Below, one piece after another: positions 40,882 to 50,780 of a stretch of 64,000 nucleotides of DNA; the first letter of the stretch is position 1; each line of letters begins with the position of its first letter. Origin of the DNA: Gemmatales bacterium. Its GTDB lineage: Bacteria; Planctomycetota; Planctomycetia; Gemmatales; HRBIN36. The stretch is taken from positions 72,484 through 136,483 of the forward strand of contig JBEPZY010000008.1 of assembly GCA_041640595.1 (NCBI GenBank), read 5' to 3'. The notes beneath the pieces are model-generated. The model had not been told where the DNA came from and ran no database searches. It saw only the letters and a program-made list of their open reading frames with translations. The position numbers and the translations under genes are program-made.

Positions 40882-43179
40882 TCATTGACAACGGACTGCG
40901 ATCACGGCGCTGTTATCCGAGCCGCCATAAGCATTGGCCAGGTTGACCAGCCGGCGGGCACACATTTCTGCGGAATCGGCCCGCTGAATCATCTCGGCCA
41001 GAGTTGCCTCGTCCACGTGGCCAGTCAAACCGTCGCTGCACAGGATCAGCCAATCTCCAGGTTTGAGCGTCACGGCCAAGGTCTGCGGCTCGACAAACGG
41101 CTGGGCACCCAGGGCTTGCTGCAATTCGTTTTTTCGCGGATGCTGTTCCGCCTCTTCCGGTGTCAGCTGACCCAGCTCGACCAGCCGATTCACCAGCGTG
41201 TGGTCACGGGTCAACTGTCGGAGCTGGCCTTCGGAATAAAGGTAAGTGCGACTGTCGCCCACATGAGCGATGACCGCCTGCGAACCGCAGATGACCAGCA
41301 TCTCGCAGGTACAGCCCATGCCGCGCTTTCCCTGCGGTGAACGCGAAAACTGATACAGGTGCTGGTTTACGTCGCGGAGCAAGTCAAAAAGAAACTTGCG
41401 GCAGGCGTCGGTATCGAAAGCGCCGTCGGGCGCTTCGCCCAGCAAAGATTTTGCGTAATCGCTTTGAAAGAAACGCCGGCGAAGCTCGTGAATGGCCATG
41501 GCGGCGGCAACTTCGCCGGCTTCGTAACCTCCCATGCCATCGCACAAAATAGCCAGCACCGTTTCGCCCAACCGTTCTTCAAATCCCGAGCTGGAGTGCC
41601 AGAAGGCGAATGCGTCTTCGTTATTGCTCCGGAGCTTGCCGATATTGCTCCAGCCAGCAATATCCAATCGGGTAATGTTCAACTGCTGGCCGGCGTTGCG
41701 CAGTGCACGGGCCAGTTCATCCCAGCCGGTAGGATCGGTGCGAGCAGCTTCGTCTGTCGGAAAACGGTGCTGTTTATCGCGGACAAAAGTTTTCATGACC
41801 AGCCGGGCGTATGCCGGATGGGCGTCGGGGAAACGGAACACCAGCGGTTTGGGAACCCACGAGCTTTCAAAGTCAGTTTCCGTCAATTCGTGGCCGAGGT
41901 ACAGCGCGTACAAAACCGCTCCGAAACTATAAAGCGGCGAACGAGCATCCACTTCGTGAGGTTCCAGCACCAGTTCCGGCGGAGTGTAGGGAGTCGCTGC
42001 CAGGTGCGTTCGCGCCGTATAGGGCAAACTCACCAGCAGGCTCAGATCGGTGAGCGTCAGCTGGCCGCGTTCGTTGAGTCGCAGCAATTCCGGCTTCAGA
42101 TACTCCGGAATCGCTCCCGCCGTTGCCAGCGCTTTCAAGGAGTCTGCGAAATCGGCCAGCAAGTTGAAGCGAGCCGGCATCGTGTAAGCTGGGTCGTCAA
42201 ACACCTGCCACAGATCCGGTCCGCTGGCCGCTTCTTCCACCGCAAAAACACTTCGCCCATCGCACAACACATCGAGTACCCGTGGCCAGCTGGCATGTTG
42301 CACGGTTTCCAGCAGAGCAATTTCCCATCCTAACTCGGGCCAGGCGGTGCCTATTTCGGCAGGGACATGGAACCGCCCGATAGCCACGGTGGCGCCGTTG
42401 TTCTGGCTGACCGCTTGCTGCACCAGGATGACTGGACGATTGTCATGACTCCGGTCTCGTGCCAGATAGCGAATCGTGTTTACCCGCCGCGACATCTCCT
42501 GGACGATCTCATAGCGTCCCGCCACCAGCGTGCCCGGTGGCAACGAGTCGGCCGACGGAAGCGCAGCCGCTGTCGGCAAGGCAGTCATTTCACCGTCAGG
42601 AAAACTGTAACCGCAATCCTGGCAGAACTGGCTTTCCAGGGGCAGAGTGGTTCCGCAGGCCGGGCAGGTTTTCGCCTCAACAGCTAAAACCGGTGTGGTG
42701 GGCGGCAATGTCGCCGCTTGGTCTTTCGGAGAAGACTGGTCGCTCGGGGTCATCGGAACCTCGACTGCATGGGCCCCTGTTGGCGGGCTACCAATCGGTT
42801 GAGCCACTGGCAAGGAAGTGCCCAGCTTTTCGGCAGATCTCGATTCCACGGACGGCAGGGGCGATGCCATACCGGTAGCCGTTCCGGCAGCGTGCTCCGC
42901 CCGGTTAACGAAATCCTCGAGCCAGCTGGTACGCGGGGCCATACCGGCATCCATTCCAGTGCTATGCGACGCCGAAGCTGGTGGAACCAATTCCGCGACC
43001 GGCAAACTGTCCACGGTAACTCCCGGCGGGAGCGTGCTGGGGTTCAAAACCACGGCCGTAGGCAAATCTTCTCCCGCACCCTGAGCAGTTGGGGTGTTCG
43101 TAACTGAGCCAGCCCCGGTCGCAGGTCCGGTTGCCGATGGCATGCTGGACGGCTGATGGCTTTCCGCTTCTGACGGCAT
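40882..43179 (-). CDS. zinc-ribbon + pseudokinase + PP2C (PPM) phosphatase fusion
   Basis: CPAC...CQDC; kinase-like fold with PEYLKPE and TDLS in place of HRDLKP and DFG; PP2C motifs RSNNED, LCDGMGG, HVGDSR, LCSDGL, GGSDN. Confidence 0.9.
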   Translation of the reverse strand: MPSEAESHQPSSMPSATGPATGAGSVTNTPTAQGAGEDLPTAVVLNPSTLPPGVTVDSLPVAELVPPASASHSTGMDAGMAPRTSWLEDFVNRAEHAAGTATGMASPLPSVESRSAEKLGTSLPVAQPIGSPPTGAHAVEVPMTPSDQSSPKDQAATLPPTTPVLAVEAKTCPACGTTLPLESQFCQDCGYSFPDGEMTALPTAAALPSADSLPPGTLVAGRYEIVQEMSRRVNTIRYLARDRSHDNRPVILVQQAVSQNNGATVAIGRFHVPAEIGTAWPELGWEIALLETVQHASWPRVLDVLCDGRSVFAVEEAASGPDLWQVFDDPAYTMPARFNLLADFADSLKALATAGAIPEYLKPELLRLNERGQLTLTDLSLLVSLPYTARTHLAATPYTPPELVLEPHEVDARSPLYSFGAVLYALYLGHELTETDFESSWVPKPLVFRFPDAHPAYARLVMKTFVRDKQHRFPTDEAARTDPTGWDELARALRNAGQQLNITRLDIAGWSNIGKLRSNNEDAFAFWHSSSGFEERLGETVLAILCDGMGGYEAGEVAAAMAIHELRRRFFQSDYAKSLLGEAPDGAFDTDACRKFLFDLLRDVNQHLYQFSRSPQGKRGMGCTCEMLVICGSQAVIAHVGDSRTYLYSEGQLRQLTRDHTLVNRLVELGQLTPEEAEQHPRKNELQQALGAQPFVEPQTLAVTLKPGDWLILCSDGLTGHVDEATLAEMIQRADSAEMCARRLVNLANAYGGSDNSAVIAVRCQ

Positions 43180-43195
43180 GATTGGCTCCTGCAGA

Positions 43196-44713
43196 CTAAC
43201 GCAATCGGTTACCACAGTGAATGCAAAAGCGGCTGCCCATGCGGTTGGACTTACCGCAGTGCTGACAGGGTGGCGACAGATCGGTCAACGGAGCGGCACA
43301 TTTGACGCAGTAAGGCTGGCGAACAGGATTTACCGCCTGACAACGGGGACAATTTATCTCCCGGGTCACCCGCCGCGCCTCCAGATCTGCCTTGAACTCC
43401 CGTGCGGTGAAATACCGGTCGTTGACGTCTTCGGAAAGATTGATGCGAATCAGCTCGTAGAACCAGCGGTGAGCCGGGGGAATAGCACCATCCGGCATGG
43501 CGAGAAGTTCATCAATTTCCTTGGCGGTGTAAAAACCTTCCGGTGGCCGACCGGTTGCCAGATGGTACAGAGTTCCCGCCAAGGCGAACAGATCGCTGCG
43601 AGGCTCCGGTTTACCCACAATTTGCTCGGGCGGAGCATACCCTTCGGTGTACACTCGCGTCTTGGCTTGCAAACGTGTGCGTGAAGTGCGGCCCAGGTCG
43701 CGGGCCGTGCCAAAGTCTATCATCTTGATACTCCGACCATCGGCCAGCAACATAATGTTGTCCGGCTTGAGGTCGCGGTGAACCACCGGCGGCTCCATGC
43801 GGTGCATGTGATCCAGAACATCGCAAATCTGTTTCCCCCACTCGATCACCATGTCCAGCGGGAACGGCCGATGATTGTTTTGTTCCATCACCTTGACCAG
43901 GTCGGTGCCCTCAATGAACTCCATGACCAGGTGCGCCGACTGCCCTTTCTGGATGAACTCGTAAATCCGCGGAACGATCGGCAAGGAAGACAGGGCGCGA
44001 AGTATCTCGGCCTCGCGCCGGAAAAAGCTGAGCCGAATCTTGAACTCCTCCGGGTCGGGACAGATCATGTCTTTGATGGCGACGGTCTGGCCGGTACGCG
44101 TGTCCACAGCGCGATAGACCGCGCCGAAACCTCCCATGGCGATCAACTTCTCAATACGGTAACGCCCTTCGAGCATACTGCCGGGTGCGCTGGGCAAAAG
44201 GCAATTGCACCGCTGGCAGTAACGTTCCCCGACCGGATTCGCGGCACCGCACGCGGGGTTGGTGCAGATCACCACCGGTGCGCCGGTTTCGTCGGCCCGT
44301 GCAGCTTCGGAGGTCCAGCCACACTCCAGGCACATGGTCGCGCCGGGAGGTAAAGCCGCCCCACACGCCGGACATTGCCCCAATGGTCCAACCACACGGG
44401 TCGGCGGACGGATTACCACGGACTCTGCGCTGAGATTGTCGGAACTTGCATCCCCCGGCCTGGAAGCAGGCGAACCCGCAGGTGCGGACGGCATGGGGGC
44501 AGTCCGTCCCGGTGCTGCGCTCGAAGATGGGGTCATGCCTGCGGAAGACGGGGCACCGACGCTGCCAGGAGCTGGAGCGGTGACTTGACCCGCCTGGGCT
44601 ACCGTTGCCGTGAACACTTTCTGGCAGGTGGGACAACGCACCGGATGGTTGGCAAACTGGTCGGCAATTTGAGCCGGTTTGCGGCAGTGTGGACAATGGA
44701 CGATCAGGGGCAT
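43196..44713 (-). CDS. Hanks-type Ser/Thr protein kinase with multiple zinc ribbons
   Basis: GGFGAVY, VAIK, HRDLKPDN, IDFG, GYAPPE; five CxxC..CxxC-type ribbons. Confidence 0.95.
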   Translation of the reverse strand: MPLIVHCPHCRKPAQIADQFANHPVRCPTCQKVFTATVAQAGQVTAPAPGSVGAPSSAGMTPSSSAAPGRTAPMPSAPAGSPASRPGDASSDNLSAESVVIRPPTRVVGPLGQCPACGAALPPGATMCLECGWTSEAARADETGAPVVICTNPACGAANPVGERYCQRCNCLLPSAPGSMLEGRYRIEKLIAMGGFGAVYRAVDTRTGQTVAIKDMICPDPEEFKIRLSFFRREAEILRALSSLPIVPRIYEFIQKGQSAHLVMEFIEGTDLVKVMEQNNHRPFPLDMVIEWGKQICDVLDHMHRMEPPVVHRDLKPDNIMLLADGRSIKMIDFGTARDLGRTSRTRLQAKTRVYTEGYAPPEQIVGKPEPRSDLFALAGTLYHLATGRPPEGFYTAKEIDELLAMPDGAIPPAHRWFYELIRINLSEDVNDRYFTAREFKADLEARRVTREINCPRCQAVNPVRQPYCVKCAAPLTDLSPPCQHCGKSNRMGSRFCIHCGNRLR

Positions 44714-44725
44714 GGTGCTACTCGC

Positions 44726-45679
44726 TTATGCAGTTGCACTGGGCGAAGGTTTGGGTCGCTGGCTGCGGGCGCGGCTGCGAAAGATCAGCACGCAGTCACC
44801 AACACGAATACGGTCACCCGACTGCAAGCGGCGTTTTTCACTGACGCGCCGTTCGTTGACGAAAGTGCCGCCGGGAGTTTGGCCATCTTCGATGTAATAA
44901 TCCGGCCCCTCGACCAGGATTCGGGCGTGCAGTTTTTCTACCCCCTTGGCACCGTAAAGACCGATGTCGCACCCTTCGGCCCGCCCAATGGTAATGATAG
45001 GTTTGGTGATGAGAATCTCCCGGCCAGGACGAAAACCGCTTTCGACAATCACCCAGGCGTCCCGCAGTACTATCTGAGCCAGACCGATAAACAGCCCGAT
45101 CAACGCTCCGAGGGTTGTCCAGCCAACACCAGAAGGGCTGAGGGCCTCCCCACTGCCCGTGATTCGCGTCAAGGCGCTCTGGAGGGCCACAAGCGCAATT
45201 CCGCCTAATAATCCGCCGATACTGCCCCCGATAGCGCCGTTGCGAAGTTTCCGTACCGCTCCGCGCACCTCCTGCCGGGCAAGCAATAGTTTTAGTAGCG
45301 CTGGCAGTCCCAGCCCCGTTCCGATTAGCGCTCCGGTTATGAGCCAGCCAATGACCCGCAGGTATTCACTCATCAAGGCCAACAACTGCCCGATGATACC
45401 GCCGATCAAGCCAGCCAGTCCGCCCAGAACCAGATTGGTTACCGTGGCCGGGATGGCTGTTACGGTTCGGCCACCGGAAGCCGCCAGGGCATCCACCACT
45501 CCCAGGACAGCACCAACCAGCGCACCGAGAATGGCTCCCTGTAAGGCGGCTCGCAGCAGCAGCTTCCAGGTCTCCGTCTCGCCCGCCGTCCCGAACACAA
45601 TCCGGGACACCAACCAGGCAAGCAGCGCTGCAAATGCCCCGCCAATGGCCATGTAATACGCATATAGCCGAAATGACAT
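44726..45679 (-). CDS. Gly-rich polytopic membrane protein with C-terminal FHA domain
   Basis: Multiple GxxxG TM helices; ITIGRAEGCD, HARI, GTFVN, LQSGDRIRVG. Confidence 0.9.
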   Translation of the reverse strand: MSFRLYAYYMAIGGAFAALLAWLVSRIVFGTAGETETWKLLLRAALQGAILGALVGAVLGVVDALAASGGRTVTAIPATVTNLVLGGLAGLIGGIIGQLLALMSEYLRVIGWLITGALIGTGLGLPALLKLLLARQEVRGAVRKLRNGAIGGSIGGLLGGIALVALQSALTRITGSGEALSPSGVGWTTLGALIGLFIGLAQIVLRDAWVIVESGFRPGREILITKPIITIGRAEGCDIGLYGAKGVEKLHARILVEGPDYYIEDGQTPGGTFVNERRVSEKRRLQSGDRIRVGDCVLIFRSRARSQRPKPSPSATA

Positions 45680-45832
45680 ATCCGCCCCGCGGCTGTTTCT
45701 GACGCCGTGTTTGCCAGGCGCACTTGTCGGCCGACACTAAAGTGAGCCTTATCTTTTGCTACGATCCGGTTGACCTTGAGTCAACCGCCCATCCTGCCAG
45801 GCAGAGCCATCCTGTCAGGCAAAGCGTGGATG

Positions 45833-47098
45833 TCAGGCCTTCGGAAGCGCTTGCTCAATCCAGCCGCCGCCCAGCACCCGGCTTCCGTCATAGCAAACCG
45901 CCAGCTGACCGGGAGTGACAGCCAGCTGGGGTTCGTCAAAGACAATGCGTACCCGCTGCTCGGCTAAAGGCTCCACACTGGCCGGAACCGCTGCGGCACG
46001 ATAGCGGATTTTCACCTGGCATCTTCGTGTTCCCGATACCGGTTCGATCAGCCAGTTGAAGCGTTCGGCAATCAGGCCCGGACTGAGGCATTCCTCGCGG
46101 CTACCGACAACGACCGTGTTATCCGCAGGCAGAATGGCCAGGACATACCGTCTCTGACCAGCCGCAAAGCCGAGTCCCTTGCGTTGACCGATGGTGAAGT
46201 GCTCTATTCCCGTGTGCCGTGCCAGCACCCGGCCAGAGCTGTCCACGATGAGACCGGCGGTGTTTCGCTCCGGGCGACGCCGCCGCACAAACGCTGCGTG
46301 ATCCCCATCGGGAACGAAACATATCTCCTGGCTGTCCGGTTTATTGTGCACAGGTAGTCCCGCCTGCCGAGCCAGTTCGCGGATTTGCAACTTCGTATAT
46401 TCGCCAATCGGAAACAGTATCCGCTCCAGTAGTTGGCGGCGAATCCCTGCCAGCACGTAGGACTGATCCTTGGACGGGTCAACGGCACAATGCAGCTCTG
46501 GCCCGGTGGCACCGCGAACGATCCGGGCATAATGACCCGTTGCAATAAAATCGGCAGCCAGTTGCCGCCCATAGCTCCACAGCTGACCAAACTTGAGCCA
46601 GTTATTGCACACCACGCAGGGATTCGGCGTGCGTCCGGCCAGATACTCATCGGCGAAGTAGTCCATAATGCGGCCGAAAGCCTGCGAAAAATCCAGTGCG
46701 TAGAAGGGGATATCAAGCATCTCGGCTACCCGCCGGGCATCCGCTGCATCCAGCGAAGAGCAGCAGCCGACATGCCGCCTGGGTCGACCGGTTTGCCGGT
46801 GAACATCAGCGACTGCGACGGAATCGCGGTTCTCTCCCCGGGTAGCCAGCCCAGCATGCCTGTCAGCAACCGCGGCTGTTACGGTCTGGTGCAGCGAATC
46901 GGCCTTGCTGCGACCAAACGAGCGTGCATCTTCTGGATCGAGTGTCGAATCGGTCGGTTCTGCGATTTCACAATTTTCCGCTTGCACACCGGTGCGCATG
47001 AATAGCCCGATGACCTCGTAGCCCTGCTGCTTGAGAAGCCACGCGGCCACGGAGCTATCCACACCACCACTCATAGCGACGACGACACGTGGACGCAT
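45833..47098 (-). CDS. mnmA: tRNA 2-thiouridine(34) synthase MnmA
   Basis: AMSGGVDSS, TPNPCVVCN, ATGHYAR, KDQSY, DSQEICF, FTIGQRKG, AVTPGQ. Confidence 0.96.
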   Translation of the reverse strand: MRPRVVVAMSGGVDSSVAAWLLKQQGYEVIGLFMRTGVQAENCEIAEPTDSTLDPEDARSFGRSKADSLHQTVTAAVADRHAGLATRGENRDSVAVADVHRQTGRPRRHVGCCSSLDAADARRVAEMLDIPFYALDFSQAFGRIMDYFADEYLAGRTPNPCVVCNNWLKFGQLWSYGRQLAADFIATGHYARIVRGATGPELHCAVDPSKDQSYVLAGIRRQLLERILFPIGEYTKLQIRELARQAGLPVHNKPDSQEICFVPDGDHAAFVRRRRPERNTAGLIVDSSGRVLARHTGIEHFTIGQRKGLGFAAGQRRYVLAILPADNTVVVGSREECLSPGLIAERFNWLIEPVSGTRRCQVKIRYRAAAVPASVEPLAEQRVRIVFDEPQLAVTPGQLAVCYDGSRVLGGGWIEQALPKA

Positions 47099-47292
47099 CA
47101 CACGCAAATGGAAGCCAGGCGACAACTGCTTCTTATGCTGGGCATCTCATTGTATGCGGGCATTGCCGGACGATGCCATGCGGTGCCGACAACCCTTTTT
47201 ACGGCACGAGGTTCGGCGCACACGCACCGAACCTCGCCAAAAGGAGAAGGTGCAGAAAAATCGGAGAGTCTAGCTATTGCTGCCGGGTGAAA

Positions 47293-48048
47293 CTATTGCT
47301 TGAGCAATTCCAGGATCACCGGTTTGACCGCCTGGGCCCACAATTCGTAACCCTTTTCGGACAGGTGCAGGAAGTCGGGCATGATCTCCTGAGGGATTGT
47401 TCCATCCTGCCGGATAAACAGATGGCCGATGTCCATATACTTCACCGTCTTCCCGCCATCGTCCAGTTTGGAGATGATCTGGTTGACTCGAGCAATCTTT
47501 TCGCGCTGAGCCTTGGTGGCCGGGTTATTCGGGTCTTTGCCGCGCGGGAAAATGCCCAGGAGCAGCACCTTCGTTTTCGGCGAACGCTTGTGGATTTCCC
47601 GGACGATGGCGGTGATGCCTTCGGCGATTTCCTCGGCGGTGTTATCATTGCCGTTGGAGTTATTGGTGCCGATCATCAGCATGACGACCTTTGGCTGAAT
47701 GCCGTCCAGTTCGCCATTCTGAATCCGCCACAGGACGTGCTGCGTGCGGTCGCCACCGATACCGAAATTAGCAGTTTTCAGGGGCGCGAATTCCCGTTCG
47801 AAGACCTTGCTGCCCGCTGCCTTGGGATTGTGCCCTTCCCCGCCCCAGGCGTCGGTGATGGAATCACCGAGGAACAGCACTTCCACGCCGCCCCGCTTGG
47901 CAATGGCCACGAACGTTTCGTGCCGTTTCAGCCAGTTGGGATCGCGCGGCACTGGCTTGATCGCCGAGTGGAGTTTTTCCTGAGCTGAAAGCACCGCCGG
48001 CAGCAGAATGACCGCCAGCATTCCCAGTTGCCGTTTCCAGGTTCCCAT
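47293..48048 (-). CDS. secreted SGNH/GDSL hydrolase (PAF-acetylhydrolase IB-like)
   Basis: Signal peptide; FLGDSIT, GIGGDRT, IGTNN, DFLHL. Confidence 0.93.
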   Translation of the reverse strand: MGTWKRQLGMLAVILLPAVLSAQEKLHSAIKPVPRDPNWLKRHETFVAIAKRGGVEVLFLGDSITDAWGGEGHNPKAAGSKVFEREFAPLKTANFGIGGDRTQHVLWRIQNGELDGIQPKVVMLMIGTNNSNGNDNTAEEIAEGITAIVREIHKRSPKTKVLLLGIFPRGKDPNNPATKAQREKIARVNQIISKLDDGGKTVKYMDIGHLFIRQDGTIPQEIMPDFLHLSEKGYELWAQAVKPVILELLKQ

Positions 48049-48114
48049 GAGGACTCCTCCTTTGGTGTGCCTGTAAGCTGTGGCTATCGCTAGGCGTGAT
48101 ACCGTGCATCAGCC

Positions 48115-48534
48115 TTAGTGCCCGTGGTCAGCGTGATGGTGCTGGTGCTCGTGATGATGGGCCGGCGCAGTCGCTTGCAGCGTGATTTCAACTGGATGCC
48201 ACGAAAAGACTTCCTGTAACCAACCGCACAACAGAATGGAACCGAAAAGGAGCACGGTCATGGTCAGTGGAGCCAGAATTGCAGGTTTCCAGTCCGCAAG
48301 CCAGGGCAGCTGCAGGTGCCACGCCAGGAAACTGATCAACCCCAGTACCAGCAACAGAGGAAGCCAGGCACCACGAGCCAGCGCTGGCCAGAACTGTCGC
48401 CAGTCCACCAACCACAACCACCATCCAAGCCAGCCGATAAGCAGCGCGTAATCGAACCCCAGACGTGTCAGTATGCTCAGCAAGCGCACCAGGTCGCGGC
48501 CCAGGTCGAGTAGGACTGTGATTAACTCCTGCAT
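48115..48534 (-). CDS. hypothetical membrane protein with His-rich C-terminal tail
   Basis: Three Trp-rich TM segments; tail HHHEHQHHHADHGH. Confidence 0.7.
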   Translation of the reverse strand: MQELITVLLDLGRDLVRLLSILTRLGFDYALLIGWLGWWLWLVDWRQFWPALARGAWLPLLLVLGLISFLAWHLQLPWLADWKPAILAPLTMTVLLFGSILLCGWLQEVFSWHPVEITLQATAPAHHHEHQHHHADHGH

Positions 48535-48657
48535 GGCGAGCCTCGTGGATTGACAGTTTTTGCTGCGTATGATAGAAGCGCAGCCCTTCGGGTGCAAGAG
48601 ATAGGAAAAAATCACGAACGGAGGCACCGATCCAGACCGTCTGAGTTTTTGGCCGCC

Positions 48658-49149
48658 ATGATTCTCGGCGTGATTAGCGATACTCACGGCCATCAGCAAG
48701 CGGTATCGGCAGCGCTGCGGTTGTTGCAGGCACGTGGGGCAAACTGTATAGTGCATTGCGGCGATGTGGATGACGCATCTACTCTTTATCTGTTTGCCGG
48801 TACCACCCTGCATCTGGTGCTGGGCAACTGCGATCCGCCTGCGCAACGGTTGCAGGAAGTCATAGACGAGATCGGAGCCAGGCTGCACGGCCGGTTTGGT
48901 ACCCTGCAGCTGGCGGACCGGCGTTTCGCGTTTTTGCACGGGGATGACCGCCAGCGTCTCGATTACACCATTCGCAGCGGTAGCTTCGACGTGGTCTTCC
49001 ACGGACACACGCACCAGCGCCGCTGCGTTCGCCTGGGCCGAACTCTGGTAGTCAATCCCGGCGCCCTGATCCGCGTCGCTACCCCGACAGTGGCTCTTGT
49101 CCATCTGCCAAAAGTCGAGGTGGAGTTTCTCGATGTTCCCGTCGCCTGA
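48658..49149 (+). CDS. YfcE/MJ0936-type metallophosphoesterase
   Basis: ISDTH, HCGD, GNCD, HG, GHTH, NPG. Confidence 0.92.
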   Translation: MILGVISDTHGHQQAVSAALRLLQARGANCIVHCGDVDDASTLYLFAGTTLHLVLGNCDPPAQRLQEVIDEIGARLHGRFGTLQLADRRFAFLHGDDRQRLDYTIRSGSFDVVFHGHTHQRRCVRLGRTLVVNPGALIRVATPTVALVHLPKVEVEFLDVPVA

Positions 49150-49323
49150 CCTGACCCGGTCAGGCTGATATTTCCCCTATCCTCGGCGTATTCGTCACGA
49201 CTGCGGCAGTTTCGGAAGCTAAAATAGTTTGCCAGGCTGCACACAAACCGGCTGTTTTGTTACAATTGCATGGGCAGCAAAGCAAAGCCAAGAGGTGCCG
49301 TTGATTAGCGGGAAAATCCAGCC

Positions 49324-50106
49324 ATGACCATCTTCAGCCGCATCCTGGCGTTCGCCAACTTCATCGCCGCCGTGGTAACGATTTACTTCCTGATACAGGC
49401 GTTTGTAGCCCGCATGGCGTGGCAAAGGGAATTACGGCGATTAGAAGAGGAACGCGACGGAGTAACCACAGCGAAGTTGGAACAGCTCATCCGTCGGGAT
49501 TATCCCGAAGAGGTGCAGAAGCTCGAAAAGGACAGGCCACAGTCGGAAGAAGCCTGGCGAGCTGACCTGCTCAGGAAAATTTTATTTCCGCCGGAAAAGC
49601 CGGATCTGCTTGCTGATCCCGACAACACGCAAGAATCGATCCGCCGTACGGAAGAATTGATCCGCCGTTACGGACTGAAGTACGATGAAGTGCGGAGTGT
49701 TGTGGAAGAGCATATCGGTCGTGTGCGGAAGGAACTGGACATCGAAGAGCAGACGTTAAAGCATCGCCGCCGGGAACTGGAAACGCTGCGAGCGACTGCC
49801 CTAACTGCTATCCGCGAGGCCGAGGAACGGTTGAAGTCGCTGCAACAACAAGTGGCAACCGAACTGGCACAGCACCAGAAGATACGCCAACTCATCCATC
49901 AGCGACGATTGCAGATCGCCTTCTGGCTGGCACGATTATCGGAAGCGTATGCTGCCCGCGAAGTCGCCGCTGCACGGCTTCGGGATATGGAAGATGAGCG
50001 CCTGGCGCTGGAGAAAGAAGCCCAGGAACTCGAAAAGACCTGCCTGGAACTGCTCAAGCAAATCAAGGAGCTGGAACTAAAACAACTGCCGCGGAGCCGC
50101 CCATGA
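49324..50106 (+). CDS. membrane-anchored coiled-coil hypothetical protein
   Basis: N-terminal TM helix then E/R/L/Q-rich heptads. Confidence 0.8.
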   Translation: MTIFSRILAFANFIAAVVTIYFLIQAFVARMAWQRELRRLEEERDGVTTAKLEQLIRRDYPEEVQKLEKDRPQSEEAWRADLLRKILFPPEKPDLLADPDNTQESIRRTEELIRRYGLKYDEVRSVVEEHIGRVRKELDIEEQTLKHRRRELETLRATALTAIREAEERLKSLQQQVATELAQHQKIRQLIHQRRLQIAFWLARLSEAYAAREVAAARLRDMEDERLALEKEAQELEKTCLELLKQIKELELKQLPRSRP

Positions 50107-50780
50107 GCTGGTTTGGGAAAAGTCTGGTCGTGCTCAACACGATCGTAAGCCTGATTCTGCTGGGTGCCATCACCTGGATGGTGATAGAACAGCGGGAGTT
50201 TGAGGCAGAGCGTCAAAAACGCCAGAGCGAGATCAACAAACAGCGCGAGCAATGGACTAACGTAACCAACACACTCGCAGGATTGCTAAAAGAACAGCGC
50301 GAAGGTAACCGCCCCTTTGTTTGGACGGAGCGCGTGGAAGACAAGCGAACCGTGCCACAGGAAGTCATCAAAGTTGCCGAGGCAAGACGCCGGGTTCAAG
50401 AACTCGAGCATGGAGGAACGAACATGCCCTCCCTGGCCGACCTGGCGGCACAACTGAAAAAGATTTACGACGAAAGCACTCTCGAACGGGATAAACTCGA
50501 CAAAGCACAACAGGAAACCCGTGCACTCGGCGAGCAACTGGCACAGGTTACCGCTGCCGCCGTGCAACTTCAGCCAGCTCCCGGTAAGCCTGGCCCTGTC
50601 GAGGAACTGCAACAGCAACAACGCGAAATTGAGCTGAAGATGCGCGATCTCGAATTGCCGCTCAACCTGGCCCGTCTGCAACGGCAAGTGCTGGCGTTTC
50701 GCAAAACCCAGCTGAGCAGTCGTCTGCGCGAGTTGCAACGGTTGCTCCAGCTTCCTTCCCTTTCAGCACAACAGGACTAA
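50103..50780 (+). CDS. membrane-anchored coiled-coil hypothetical protein
   Basis: ATGA overlap with previous gene; MSWFGKSLVVLN TM then heptads. Confidence 0.8.
   Translation: MSWFGKSLVVLNTIVSLILLGAITWMVIEQREFEAERQKRQSEINKQREQWTNVTNTLAGLLKEQREGNRPFVWTERVEDKRTVPQEVIKVAEARRRVQELEHGGTNMPSLADLAAQLKKIYDESTLERDKLDKAQQETRALGEQLAQVTAAAVQLQPAPGKPGPVEELQQQQREIELKMRDLELPLNLARLQRQVLAFRKTQLSSRLRELQRLLQLPSLSAQQD

Noticed and set aside
46780..46990. Intein in mnmA
   Set aside because: Too short, and lacks the C-terminal His-Asn splice motif
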